Origin: the human T2T-CHM13v2.0 reference genome, Homo sapiens
Length of the DNA stretch: 64,000 nucleotides
Assembly (NCBI RefSeq): GCF_009914755.1
Contig: NC_060931.1
Strand: one strand, 5' to 3'
In this document: positions 14,449-26,493 of the stretch, piece by piece
Position numbering within the stretch: the first letter of the stretch is position 1
How the letters are laid out: each line of letters starts with the position of its first letter
Translations under genes and position numbers: made by a program
The notes under the pieces: generated by a model
Database searches by the model: none
Told to the model about the DNA's origin: nothing
What the model saw: the letters and a program-made list of their open reading frames with translations, nothing else

Positions 14449-15342
14449 ATATGAGAATGAATTAAGAGTAAATAGTAGGCACTTATCTAAATTGACAAAT
14501 ATCTTGCATTTAACTGATTGGCTGGATGGTTAAATTTATACTGTGAAGATGTTAAGAAAATAATCTTTTCACTATCATTTTTCTCTCTGGATCTATTGAT
14601 CTGACTTGATAAGTCATTATTCCATTAAATTCGACTGAGAAACTACATTGAAGGTACCTAAGACCCAAGACCACAGCTTAATATGTTAACTCTTCTTTCA
14701 GTAGTTCAAAAAATATCTGCATTCCACAGTTGATATATTACATTACTGGGCTTAATATAGGATTGCATTTTGATACTCAATCCATATGCTTTGTGGTAAG
14801 GTCAACCCTGAATAACAGTTGAATCTTAGGTATGCAAATCATGTGAATGTGTTGATTGAATTATTGTGTAAAAAGACTACACTAGGATCTGAATAGTATT
14901 TTTGCAAATTAGACATATAAATTGCCTACAAGTCTATGAAAAGATGCTTGACTTCACTAATAATCAAGGAAATGTAAATCAAAGCTACAGTGAAATAACA
15001 CCTCAGCCTTGTTGGGATCGTCGTTATCAAAAATTCAAAAGCTAACAAGTATTGGAAAGAATGTGGCAAAAAGAAACCCTTGTACATTGTTAGTGGGAAT
15101 GTAACTTGGTACAGTTATTACAGAAAATAATATGGAGCTTCATAAAAATTAAAATGACCATATTATCCAGCAATTTCACTTCAGGGTATATATACAGAGG
15201 AAATAAAATTACTATTTTGAAGGGATATTTGCATTCCCGTATTTATTGTAGAATTATTCACAATAGCCAAAGTAAGGAAAGAGCCTGTGTCCATCAATAG
15301 AAGAATGGATATAGAAAATGCTGTATATAAAAAACAGAAAGT

Positions 15343-15413
15343 ACATATATATATATATGTATATATATATGTATATTTGTGTATGTGTGTGTGTGTGTGT
15401 GTGCGTGCGTGTA
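15343..15413. repeat. Compound (TA)n(TG)n microsatellite inside L1
   Basis: Read directly; flanked by duplicated tataaaa(aa)cagaaa. Confidence 0.9.
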
Positions 15414-15519
15414 TAAAACAGAAAATTATTCAGCCTTAAAAAAAGAAGGAAATCCTGCCATTTGTCACAAAACAGATGAACCTAGAGGACATTTTGACAA
15501 GGGAAGTAGGTTAGACACA

Positions 15520-17873
15520 TGATATGGTTTGGCTGTGTCCCCACCCAAATCTCATCTTGAAATGTAGTTCTTTTAATCCCCATGCATCATGGGAGGGACT
15601 AAGTGAAAGATAATTAAATCATGGGGGTGGTTACTCTCATGCTGTTATAATAATAGTGAGTGAATTCCCATGAGAACTGATGGTTTTATAAGTGTCTTTT
15701 CCCCCCTTACTCGGCACTTCTTCCTGCCACCACATAAAGAAGGATTTGTTTGCTTCCCCTTCTGCCATGATTGTAAGTTTCCTGAGTTCTCCCCAGACCT
15801 GTGGAACTGTGAGTCAATTAAACCTCTTTCCTTTATAAATTACCCAGTCTCAGGTATTTCTTCATAGCAATGTGAGAACAGACTAATACGATAAGTTTAT
15901 ACTGAGGGAGTGGGGCACTGCTATAAGGATACCCAAAAATGTGGAAGCCACTTTGGAACTGGGTAACAGGCCCAGGCTGGAACAGTTTGAAGGGCTCAGA
16001 AGAAGACAAGAAAATGTGGGAAAGTGGAAACTTCCTAGGGACTTGGAGAGCTCAAAAGACAGGAAGATGTGGGGAATTTTGGAACTTCCTAGAGACCTGT
16101 GGGATGGCTTTGACCAAAATGCTGACAGTGATATTGACAATGAAGTCCAGGCTGAAGTGGTCTCACATGGAGATGAGGAACTTGTTGGGAAATGGAGTAA
16201 AGTTCATTTTTGCTATGCTTTAGCAAAGTCACTGGTGGCTTTTTGCCCCTGACCTGGAGATCATGGAACTTTGAACTAGAGAGAGATGATTTAGGGTATC
16301 TGGTGGAAGAAACTTCTAAGCAGCTAAGCATTCAAGAGGTGACAGAGCATAAAAGTTTAGAAAATGTGCAGCCTAATGATGCAGTAGAAAAGAAAAAGCC
16401 ATTTTCTGAGGAGAAATTCAAGCTGGCTGTATACATTTGCATAAGTAATGAGAAGCCAAATGCTCATCATTAAGGTAATATGAAAAATGCCTCCAGGTCA
16501 TGTCAGATACCTTCACAGCAGCCCCTCCCATCATAGGCCTGGAGGCCTAGGAGGGAAAATTGGTTTCCTGGGCTAGGTCCAGGTCTCCCCTGTTGTGTGC
16601 AGCCTTGGGACTTGGTGCCCTGTGTTCCATCTGCTCCAGCCATGGCTAAAAGGGCCTAAGGTACAGTTCAGGACATCACTTCAGTGGGTGCAAGCCCCAA
16701 ATCTTGGCAGCTTCCATGTGATGTTGGGCCTGGTAGTGTGCAGAAGATAAGAATTGAGGTTTGGGGACCTCCATCTAGATTTCAGAGGATGTATGGAAAT
16801 GCCTGGATGTTTAGACAAAAGTCTCTTGCAGGGTTGGAGCCCTCATGGCAAACTTCTGCTAGAGCAGTGTGGAAGGGAAATGTGGGGTTGGAGCCCCCAC
16901 ACGGAGTCCTCACTGGGGCATGACCTAGTGGAGCTATCAGAAGAGGGCCATTCTGTCCTTCACACCCCAGAATGGTATATGCAGACAGCTTGCACCATGC
17001 ACCTGGAAAAGCCATAGACAATGCTAGTTTGTGAAAGCAGCCAGGAGTGGGGCCATACCCTGCAAAGCCACAGGGACAGAGCTGCCCAAGGTCATGGGAG
17101 CCTACTTCTTGTATCAGAGTGACCTGGATGAGAGACATGGAGTCAAAGGAGATCATTTTGGAACTTTAAAGTTTAATGATCCCTATTAAAGTTTAAAATC
17201 CCTATTGGATTTTGGATTTGCATGGGGCCTGTAGCCCCTTTGGCCAATTTCTCCCATTTGGGATGGGTGTATTTACCCAATGCCTATACCCTTATTGTAT
17301 CTAGGAAACAACTAACTTGCTTTCAATTTTATAGACTCACAGGCTCAAAGGCAGAAGGGATTTGCCATTACTCAGCTGAGACTTTGGACTTGGACTTTTT
17401 GGTTAAGGCTGGAATGAGCTAAGACTTTGGAGAACTACTGGAAATGCATGATTGTGTTTTGAAATATGAGGACATGAGATTTGGGAGGGGCCATGAGTAG
17501 AATGATATGGTTTGGCTATGTCCCCACCCAAATCTCATTTTGAATTTTAGTTCCCATAATCCCCATATGTCATGGGAAGGACCCAGTGGGAGGTAAATGA
17601 ATCAGGATGGGGGGGTTACTTCCAGCTATTCTTGTGATAGTGAGTTATCATGACATCTTATCATTTTATAAGGGGCTTTTCCACCTTAACTTGGTACTTC
17701 TCCTTCATGCTGCCATGTGAAGAAGGACACATTTGATTCCTCTTCCACCATGATTGTAAGTTTCCCGAGGCCTCCCCAGCCCCATGGAACTGTGAGTCAA
17801 TCAAACCTCTTTCCTTTCTAAATTACCCATTTTCGGGTACTTCTTCACAGCAGCATGAGAATGAACTAATACA
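15520..17873 (+). mobile_element. Full-length THE1C MaLR provirus: 5' LTR 15520-15890, internal 15891-17502, 3' LTR 17503-17873
   Basis: Two 371-bp LTRs (tgatatggtttggct...ctaatac[g/a]); TSD acaca/acact; internal ORF remnants MEATLELGN and WNFELERDDLGYLVEE; polypurine tract gatttgggaggggcc before the 3' LTR. Confidence 0.93.
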
Positions 17874-18683
17874 ACACTGAAAGAAAAATATTGTGTAATA
17901 TTACTTATATGTGTAATCTAAAAAAGTCAAACTGATAGGACAGTAAGTAGAATCCTGGGTACAAGTGGTTGAGGGTGGGGGGAAAGGAGAGACATAGGTC
18001 AAAGTGAATAAAGTTTCAGATATAGGATGAATTACTTTTGGAGACTGAATGTAGAGCCTGGTGCTATGGTTAATAATAATGTATTTTCTTCTTGAAATTT
18101 GCTAAGAGATTAGATATTAAATGTTCTCACCACATACACACCACACAATTGTAACTGTGTGAGGTGGCTGATACGTTAATTATCTTGTGTTTGGTATTCA
18201 TTTCAAAAGGTATATGTATTTCTAAACATAAGCGTTTACAACTTAAATGTATACAATTTTTGTCAATCATACATCAGTAAAGCTGGAGGGGGTTAAAAAA
18301 ACAACAATCCCCCTCAGTTGGCTATTTATATTACTAAGTGAAAAGTGCTTTAAGAAAATATTCCAAAACTGATATTCTTATGAGATTTTAGCTATAATTA
18401 AACCAATGATAGGTAAAGAGATATCAGTGTTCTCTGTTGAAGGCTTTTACATATTTAAAATCTAAATAGGTTATGCATGTCAGTACACTAATGAAGACTA
18501 ACAAAGACCTCACATGAGACTGAAAAACTGAACTGGAGATGTAGAATAATTGATGCAGTGATGGTATTAAAAGAGGAAAGGCCATTCAATGCTGTTAATA
18601 AGATGTGAAAGTGTTTAAACAACTGTAGAACACCAGAGCTTCTGCTTGAGTTGAAACAGTGGCTTTAAAATGGTATTTAGTAA

Positions 18684-18786
18684 TCCAGGCATGATGGTTC
18701 AAACCTATAATCCTAGCTACTTTGGAGGATGAAGTGGGAGGATTCCTTGAGCCCAGGAGTTCGAGGCTGCAATTAGCTGTGATCAT
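18684..18786 (+). mobile_element. FRAM/AluJ monomer fragment
   Basis: ccaggcatgatgg...aatcctagctactttggagg...gagcccaggagttcgaggctgc...gatca. Confidence 0.8.
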
Positions 18787-19595
18787 TAAAAGCAGGGAAA
18801 CACTCTACTTTTAAATGTCTCCCATGATTGGGTCAGTCCTAATCTCTGTTATTGTGAGGCTAGCTGAATTAAGACAGTAGTTACATCCACGAAATCCCTT
18901 CTGCAACAGCATTTGAGTGAATAATGAGAGTAAGGAAATCTTGGAGGCAGACAAATGTTAGAATTCTCCCTACTACAATCTCTTTATAGTAACTGAATAG
19001 TTGACATATGTGCTAAAAATTTTTAAAGCATGTGGAATTTATATTACATGTTTTCATCAAATGTTCCCTCAAATCTGCTCTGGAAAGGTCCCAAAGTTCT
19101 TGCCAGGCCCTGTCCATCATTATGAAAGCTCCCAATTATATAATATATAATATATAAATATATAATAATTAAATACTCAGCCCAGCATAATGTAATACGT
19201 AATTTCCAACTTATTCCAAAATTAAGTCTTTTTTCTGGATAATGCCACTCTAAACACAAAGTTAGGAGTGGCCAGGAGAGTCCAGTTTATTTTGCAGCCC
19301 ATAAAATCCCCTCCCAACTTGATAGCTGCTGTTTCTGACACCTCCAGCATCAGGCTAAGGGATTAAAAAAGGGAAAAGGAACAGTCTTACACGATATGAC
19401 CTTAATATCTTCCAGATTTAACCAGTTATTCAAAGCTGCTATTTCCTCTCATGAAGTTTTTTGGAAATTACAGATTCCCCTTCTTAATTCTGCTCACCTT
19501 CTATTCTGTTTCTGTTTCTGTACCCATAGAGAAAAACAAAAGGACCATACTGAGTGGGCTTACTTTGAATTCGTGACCTTTGTTCTCATGTGGGC

Positions 19596-20134
<539 letters not shown>

Positions 20135-20169
20135 TAATCTTATAGTGTCTTTAGTCTCTTTGTCCTCCT

Positions 20170-20560
20170 AGATGACATTTTAACATTTTATCCTCACCCC
20201 TCACCTTGACAACTTTTCCTCCTTTTCCTTTTGGAGAATATGGCCATTCATTTTTATATTGCGGGAAAAAAATAGGCCGTCAGAGAAGAATTTCTTTGGC
20301 TTCTCACCAGCCTACTTCTGTGCCCCTATGTAATGCCTCTCTCCTGCCCCATGGAGGAATTCTCCACCCTTCTTTAAAGACACCTTCTCCACGTGTGTTC
20401 TAGATCCCAGTGCTCACACCTCCTCAAGGAGTTCTCTACCCCTCTCTCTCTTCCATGCATTGTCAGTATTTCATTGATTACTATATACTGAATCATTCTC
20501 GTCAGCATACAAGCATGTTTTTTTTTCCTTCTATTGTAAAAAAACATCCTGATCTTGTTG
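20170..20560 (+). mobile_element. L2 ORF2 fragment
   Basis: tagatcccagtgctcacacctcctcaagga...ctgaatcattctcgtcagcatacaagcatg matches L2 ORF2. Confidence 0.6.
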
Positions 20561-20568
20561 ATACTTCT

Positions 20569-20673
20569 TGTATTAGCTAGGGTTCTCCAGAGAACAGAAC
20601 CAATAGGATATATATATATAGATATATATCATACATATTATATATATTATAAATATATGTAGGGATTTATTAA
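20569..20673 (-). mobile_element. MLT2 LTR 3' end fragment with TA-rich tract
   Basis: tgtattagctagggttctccagagaacagaaccaataggata...gggatttattaa. Confidence 0.75.
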
Positions 20674-21146
20674 ACCACGCCTTAAGCATTTCAAATTTAT
20701 CATGAGAAAAACATGGCTTAGATAATTATATAAACATATAGATACTTGTTATAAAATAGTAAGTAAAAAATTGATTAACTCAGAGTACATATATAGGAAT
20801 GTAAATATGAAAGATATATGGCTACAAAACTTTGCATAAGCTATCATGAAAATCAAGTCAATATAGAACCTCTAGTGATAAATTGTGAAGTTCAATATTG
20901 AAAAGCTTATGGATTTTAAAATGCATAATATCATCAGTTCTGATTTATTAATAGATGACATAAGTGATTTAGAGAGACAATGTGATAGTACCAACTCTTC
21001 ACAGGAGAGCATAAGCAGAAGACAGACTAGATTTCTAGTCTTGGATCTTCTTACTATTACACCACCACTGCTGTTTTTAAAAGAATGGAGCTTATGCCTC
21101 TAGCAGCGTTCATAAAGAAGACACTATAATGAAATAGGAGTCAAAG

Positions 21147-21727
21147 AATTAGTTTTCAACAAAGGTGCCAGAATACATATTGGGGAAAGAACACTCTCTT
21201 CAATAAATAGTGCTAGGAAAACTGGATATTTCTATGCAGAAATATATCTTACCATAAGCAAAAATTAACTCAAAATGGATTGAAGATTTAAACTTGAGAC
21301 CCAAAACTATAAAGAAAACAGGGGAAGGGCTTGAGGACATTGGTCTAGACAAACATTAGTAAAACCCCAAAGCACAGGCAACAAAAACAAAAATAGATGA
21401 AACTATATTAAACACAAAGCTTCTGCTCTGCTACTTTCACAATCAATGGAGTGAAGAGACAATCCACAAAATGTGGGGAAATGTTTGCAAACTATTCATC
21501 TGACAAGGGATTAATCCAGAGTATATAAGGAACTCAACAAACTCAACTCAGAAGGTCAAATAATCCCTTGAAAACTGGGTGAAAGATGTAAATAGACATT
21601 CCTCAAAAGACATACAAATGGCTAACAGGTATTTGAAGAAAATGCTCAATATCATTAATTATTGGGAAAATTCAAATCAAAACTGCAATGAAATACTATC
21701 TTCCCGCAGTTAGGAAAGCTATTACCA

Positions 21728-21759
<32 letters not shown>

Positions 21760-22580
21760 AAAAACAAATGAGGCAAGGATATGGAGAAAACTGAATTTTT
21801 ACATACTGTTGATTTGAATGTAAAATAGCAGGGCAATAATGGAAAACAGTATGGAGATTTCTCAAAAAACTAAAAATAGAAATAGCAGATGATCCAGCAA
21901 TCCCGTTAGTGGGTATTTATCCAAACGAAAGAAAAGTCAACATATCAAAGGGATACCTGCACCCCTACATTTATTGCAGCACTATTCACAATAGCCAAGA
22001 TGTGGAATCAAACTAAGTGTTCATTCATAGACAAATGGATGAAGAAAATGTGATATATATACACAATGGAATAAAATTCAGTCATGAAAAAGAATGAAAT
22101 TCTGTGATTTGCAGCAGCATAGATAGAACTGGAGGACATTATGTTAAGTGAAATAAGCTAGGCACAGAAAGACAAATATTACATGTCCCCATCATATATG
22201 AAAACTTAAAAAGTTGACTTTATGGAGGTTGAAAGTAGAAAGTAGAATAAGAGTTATCAGAGGCTGGGAAAAGTGGTGGGGAGGACAAGGAAAGGTAGGT
22301 TAATGGGTAAAACATACAGTTAGATAGAAGAAATAAGTTCTAGTGTTCAGTAGGGTAAACACTAGCATAGTACGGTGACTATAGTTAACAACAATATATT
22401 GTATATTTAAAAATAGCTAGAAAAGAAGATTTGGAATGTTTCCAACACAAAGAAATGATAAGCATTTGAGATGATGGATATCTTAAATACTCTGATTTGA
22501 TCATTACACATTGTATGGATGTATCAAAATATTATATCTACCCCATAAATCTATAAAATTATTAGGCACCAAATAAAAAA
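21147..22580 (+). mobile_element. L1MA3/4-like ORF2 end plus 3' UTR
   Basis: ttttcaacaaaggtgccag...ggatacctgcacccc...cagttagatagaagaaataagttctagtg...gatttgatcattacacattgtatgg; internal A-run at 21727-21764. Confidence 0.88.
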
Positions 22581-23675
22581 TCGAAAGATTTTCCATCCAT
22601 ATTATTTTGCAATAGTTAGAATTAATAGATATTATCTGATTTTTATAAAAATTGGGGTTAAGATTAAAATAGCAATCACATGCTATATTTAAGCTTTAGC
22701 TTTTAAAACAAAGTGTTCATCAAAAGACATGATAGGCAGATTTAAGAATTATTTCAGTAATGACTTGAAATTAGTTTGAGCATATTATATGAAAAACTTT
22801 TGGCTTCTTCATAAGGTGTTTAACGAAAGAAGAAAAATTATAGCATCAGACATTCTAAAATGAAATGCTGTTACTACTGATATTTTAAAACATATCATCT
22901 GCTTCAGGCAAAAATATTTAATTAAAACAATCAAATGCCTTAATGGAAACAGCTGCATTTTTCATGCATGTACAATGAGCCTTTGAATTTAGATGAAATA
23001 AATGAAAAGTGACAGCATAACATCCAAAGGAGAAAGGAACACAGATTTGGTATTATGATTCAAAATAATTTATTTAAACAAAGGGGCAGTTAAGTGAAAT
23101 TGATAGTAAATTTAGTAAATAAAACCAATTTTTTCGTTCTACTAGTATTTCTGAATATGGTACTTTCAGAGAGAAAAAAAGCCCTCATTGCTATTTGACT
23201 AAAAAAAACTAGGCAAGTTACAGGGTTCACCTTTCTTGATTTTAGTCTAGTATTTCTTGATTTTAGTCTAGTATTCTCCCTTTTATGAATTCTATGCGGA
23301 GCACAATTTAATAATTTGTCCTCAATGGAAAATTCAATATAAAAGTGGCTATAATACATACATACAAGGTTTAACCAAGATCGGTATTAAGTAAACATAA
23401 ATATCACATTTTAGAACTAGCAGAAAATTTCACATTGTTGTAGTCTAATAGCCTATTTTACATGAGAAAAACAAGAAGATGAGTTTCCTGACTTCTGAAC
23501 AGGGATTCATCCTACCATATTAGGATGCACCAGTATTTGGCCATGTTTTATGAACCACATACAGTGTCGATGAAATGATAATATTCTCGATTAATTAACA
23601 AACTCTCCATAAGGCTTCATTTATTTCCATCAGTTACAGCACTCATGACTAACAGTGAGTTATTTTTACACCTAT

Positions 23676-24193
<518 letters not shown>

Positions 24194-24670
24194 ATATAGA
24201 TCAATGATAACTTTATATGTATTTCATAAATTGTTACTCTGTGTATATCACCATCATATCATTTGCTAAGCTGTATTGTAAATGTTTGCCCTCTCCCCCA
24301 TTCACACACAGAAGCTAAAGTTGTTAATGTAGGAGCTCTCATTTATTTTTTTATGTTCCAGAATGTTGGCAGGGTGAATTTTATCTATCAAATATTACAG
24401 TTCCCAAGACCAAATGGAAATAGCACAGAAAACAAGAGCTTTCAAAAGCTTGTTCAGCCAGTTTCTGACTTCAAGAGATGCTTCCACAAAAGACAGTTTA
24501 TTACCAAATAAGTTTGGAGCTCTTACATGATATAAAGTTTGTTTGAAAGTCACAAAATGTATTAGCATAGTGAAAGACATTATAAGTAGCTGTCACAAAA
24601 AAAATAGTTTCCAAAACTTATTTGAAAAAAAGTTTTAAATTCAATACCTGCTGTCATCTTGAATAGCACA

Positions 24671-24947
24671 TTTCTTCTTTCTCTTTTATTTTATTTTACT
24701 TTTTTGAGACCAGGTCTTAATTTGTCACTCAGGTTGAAGCACAGTGATGTGGACTGGGCTCACTGCAGCCTGGACCTCCTGGACTCAAGTGATCCTCCTG
24801 CCTTAGCTTCCCAATTAGCTGGAACTATAGGCATGTTTCACCATGCCTGCATAATTTTTTTTTGGATTTCTGGGCTTAAGTGATCCGTCCTCCAGTCTCA
24901 GCCTCCCAAAGTGCTAGGATTACAGGTACGAGCCACCACACCCAGCT
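24671..24947 (-). mobile_element. AluJ with an internal deletion in the left arm
   Basis: gctcactgcagcctggacctcctggactcaagtgatcc; the gtagagacgggg...ggtctcgaac segment is missing after ~24863. Confidence 0.85.
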
Positions 24948-24953
24948 CTCTTT

Positions 24954-25384
24954 TGCCACAGTTACTACGGGACTGAGCGAAGGAGGACGAATGAGAAATG
25001 AAAACTGAAAACAAAAGAAACTGTTTTAAAGAAGGGGTCCAGGGAAGAAGAGGGCTCCCTGCTTCTAGTGAGCAAGGGCAGCCACCTGAACCTCAACAGC
25101 CCTTTGTATTTATTGGGTAGAAAGAGCAAGGAGCAGGAGGTAACTATTGGTCAGCTGCTTAATTGATTACAGGTTCACATTATTGCTAACAGGCTTCAGA
25201 TGTGCCTAATCACAAGAAACACTACGCTTGGGGCGTGACTGCCCTCAGCATTCCTTCTGGGAGGCAGTCACAGTTTGTCAGTTTGCCAACATTCTGCATT
25301 TATGAGAACAGTTTGCTTTTTACTCATATAGCCTCCAGTGGTATACTGAATTGATCATGACCCTCACTCTTTCGGCCTGCAACA
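24954..25384 (-). mobile_element. LTR3A solo LTR (HERV-K HML-6)
   Basis: RC start TGTTGCAGGCCGAAAGAGTGAGGGTCATGATCAATTCAGTATACCACTGGAGGC; TG..CA ends; 6-bp TSD ctcttt/ctgttt. Confidence 0.88.
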
Positions 25385-25529
25385 CTGTTTCTCTACTTTC
25401 ATATCTCCACTCACCAATACTTGTGCTACACTGTCAGTATGCTACACTTGGTATGCCAGCTTAAATCTTATTTAAGATGTCCTTTATTCAATGAACATTT
25501 TTAAAAGCATATGAAATGTCTTTTTTAAA

Positions 25530-26493
25530 AACAAATTTGTTTTTTTAGAGTAGTTCATAACAAAATTGAGTGAAAGTACAGGGAGTTCCTATATACCCTT
25601 GACCAGCCCACATACACAGACAGCCTCTCCCTCTATCAACAGTCCCGACCGGAGTGATACACTTGTCACAATTGGTGAACCTACATTGACTCATGATTGT
25701 CACTCAAAGTCCATAGTTTACATTAGGGTTCACTCTTGATGTCGCACATTCTAGAGGTTTTGACAAATATATAATGACATGTATACACCATTATATTATC
25801 ATGCAGCATAGTTCCACTGCCCCCAAAATCCTTTGTGCTCCCACCAGTAATATCTTTCTCCCCCTAAGCCCTTGGCAAACACTGATCTCCATAGTACTAC
25901 TGTACATATTATACATAGTATAAATACTCCACAGTACTATTAATTATACAAAGTATAAATACTCCACAGTACTATTATACATAGTATAAATACTCCATAG
26001 TAGTAGCATATGTATTATACATAGTATAAATACTGTCTCCATAGTAATTAGCCTTTTCCAGAATGTGATATAGTTGTAATCATAGAGTAGGTAGACTTTT
26101 CAGATTGGTTTCTTCCATTTAGTGATGGCATCTGAGGTTCCTCCATGTCTCTTTATGCAGTGATAGCTCATTTATTTTAGGGCTGAGTAACATCCCATTG
26201 TCTGTGTGTACCACAGTTTTTGTAACCTTTCACCTACTGAAGGACATCTTGGTTGCTTCTATGTTTTGGCAATTATGAACAAAGCTTCTATAAACATCCT
26301 TGTGCCAGTTTTTGTGTAAACATTAGTTTTCAACATATTTGGATAAATACCAAGGAGCGCAACTAGTGTATTGTATGGTAAAAGTATGTTTAATTTTCTA
26401 AGAAACGCCAAACTGTCTTCCAAATTGCATTCCTGCTAGCAATAAATAAGAGCCCCTGTTGCTCCACATCCTTGTTAGTATTTGGTATTGTCA
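25530..26493 (-). mobile_element. L1MC1-like 3' end
   Basis: caaaattgagtgaaagtacagggagttcctatata...gaacctacattgac...caaagtccatagtttacattagggttcactcttg. Confidence 0.85.
25887..26046. repeat. Minisatellite of 4 units (31-40 bp) with an internal TTATAC-N3-GTATAA hairpin
   Basis: Units start at 25887, 25927, 25962 and 25993; shared ctcca[c/t]agta...ttataca[t/a]agtataaata. Confidence 0.9.

Larger units (their letters stand above)
14911..18300 (+). mobile_element. L1MA8/9-like 3' region, interrupted by THE1C (pieces 14911-15519 and 17874-18300)
   Basis: tatgaaaagatgcttgacttcactaataatcaaggaaatg...cctagaggacatt; resumes with gaaagaaaaatattg...gaaatttgctaagagattagat...cagtaaagctgg. Confidence 0.85.

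Noticed and set aside
15883-17422. Dense ORF cluster
   Set aside because: Broken MaLR internal ORF and its alternative frames; stops and frameshifts throughout.
21727-21764. Long poly-A suggesting a retrocopy tail
   Set aside because: Expansion of an internal A-run; the L1MA sequence continues colinearly on both sides.
25887-26046. CRISPR-like look (hairpin repeat with variable linkers)
   Set aside because: Primate DNA; the linkers are only a few to ~15 nt and related to each other; no cas genes; the array sits inside L1MC1.
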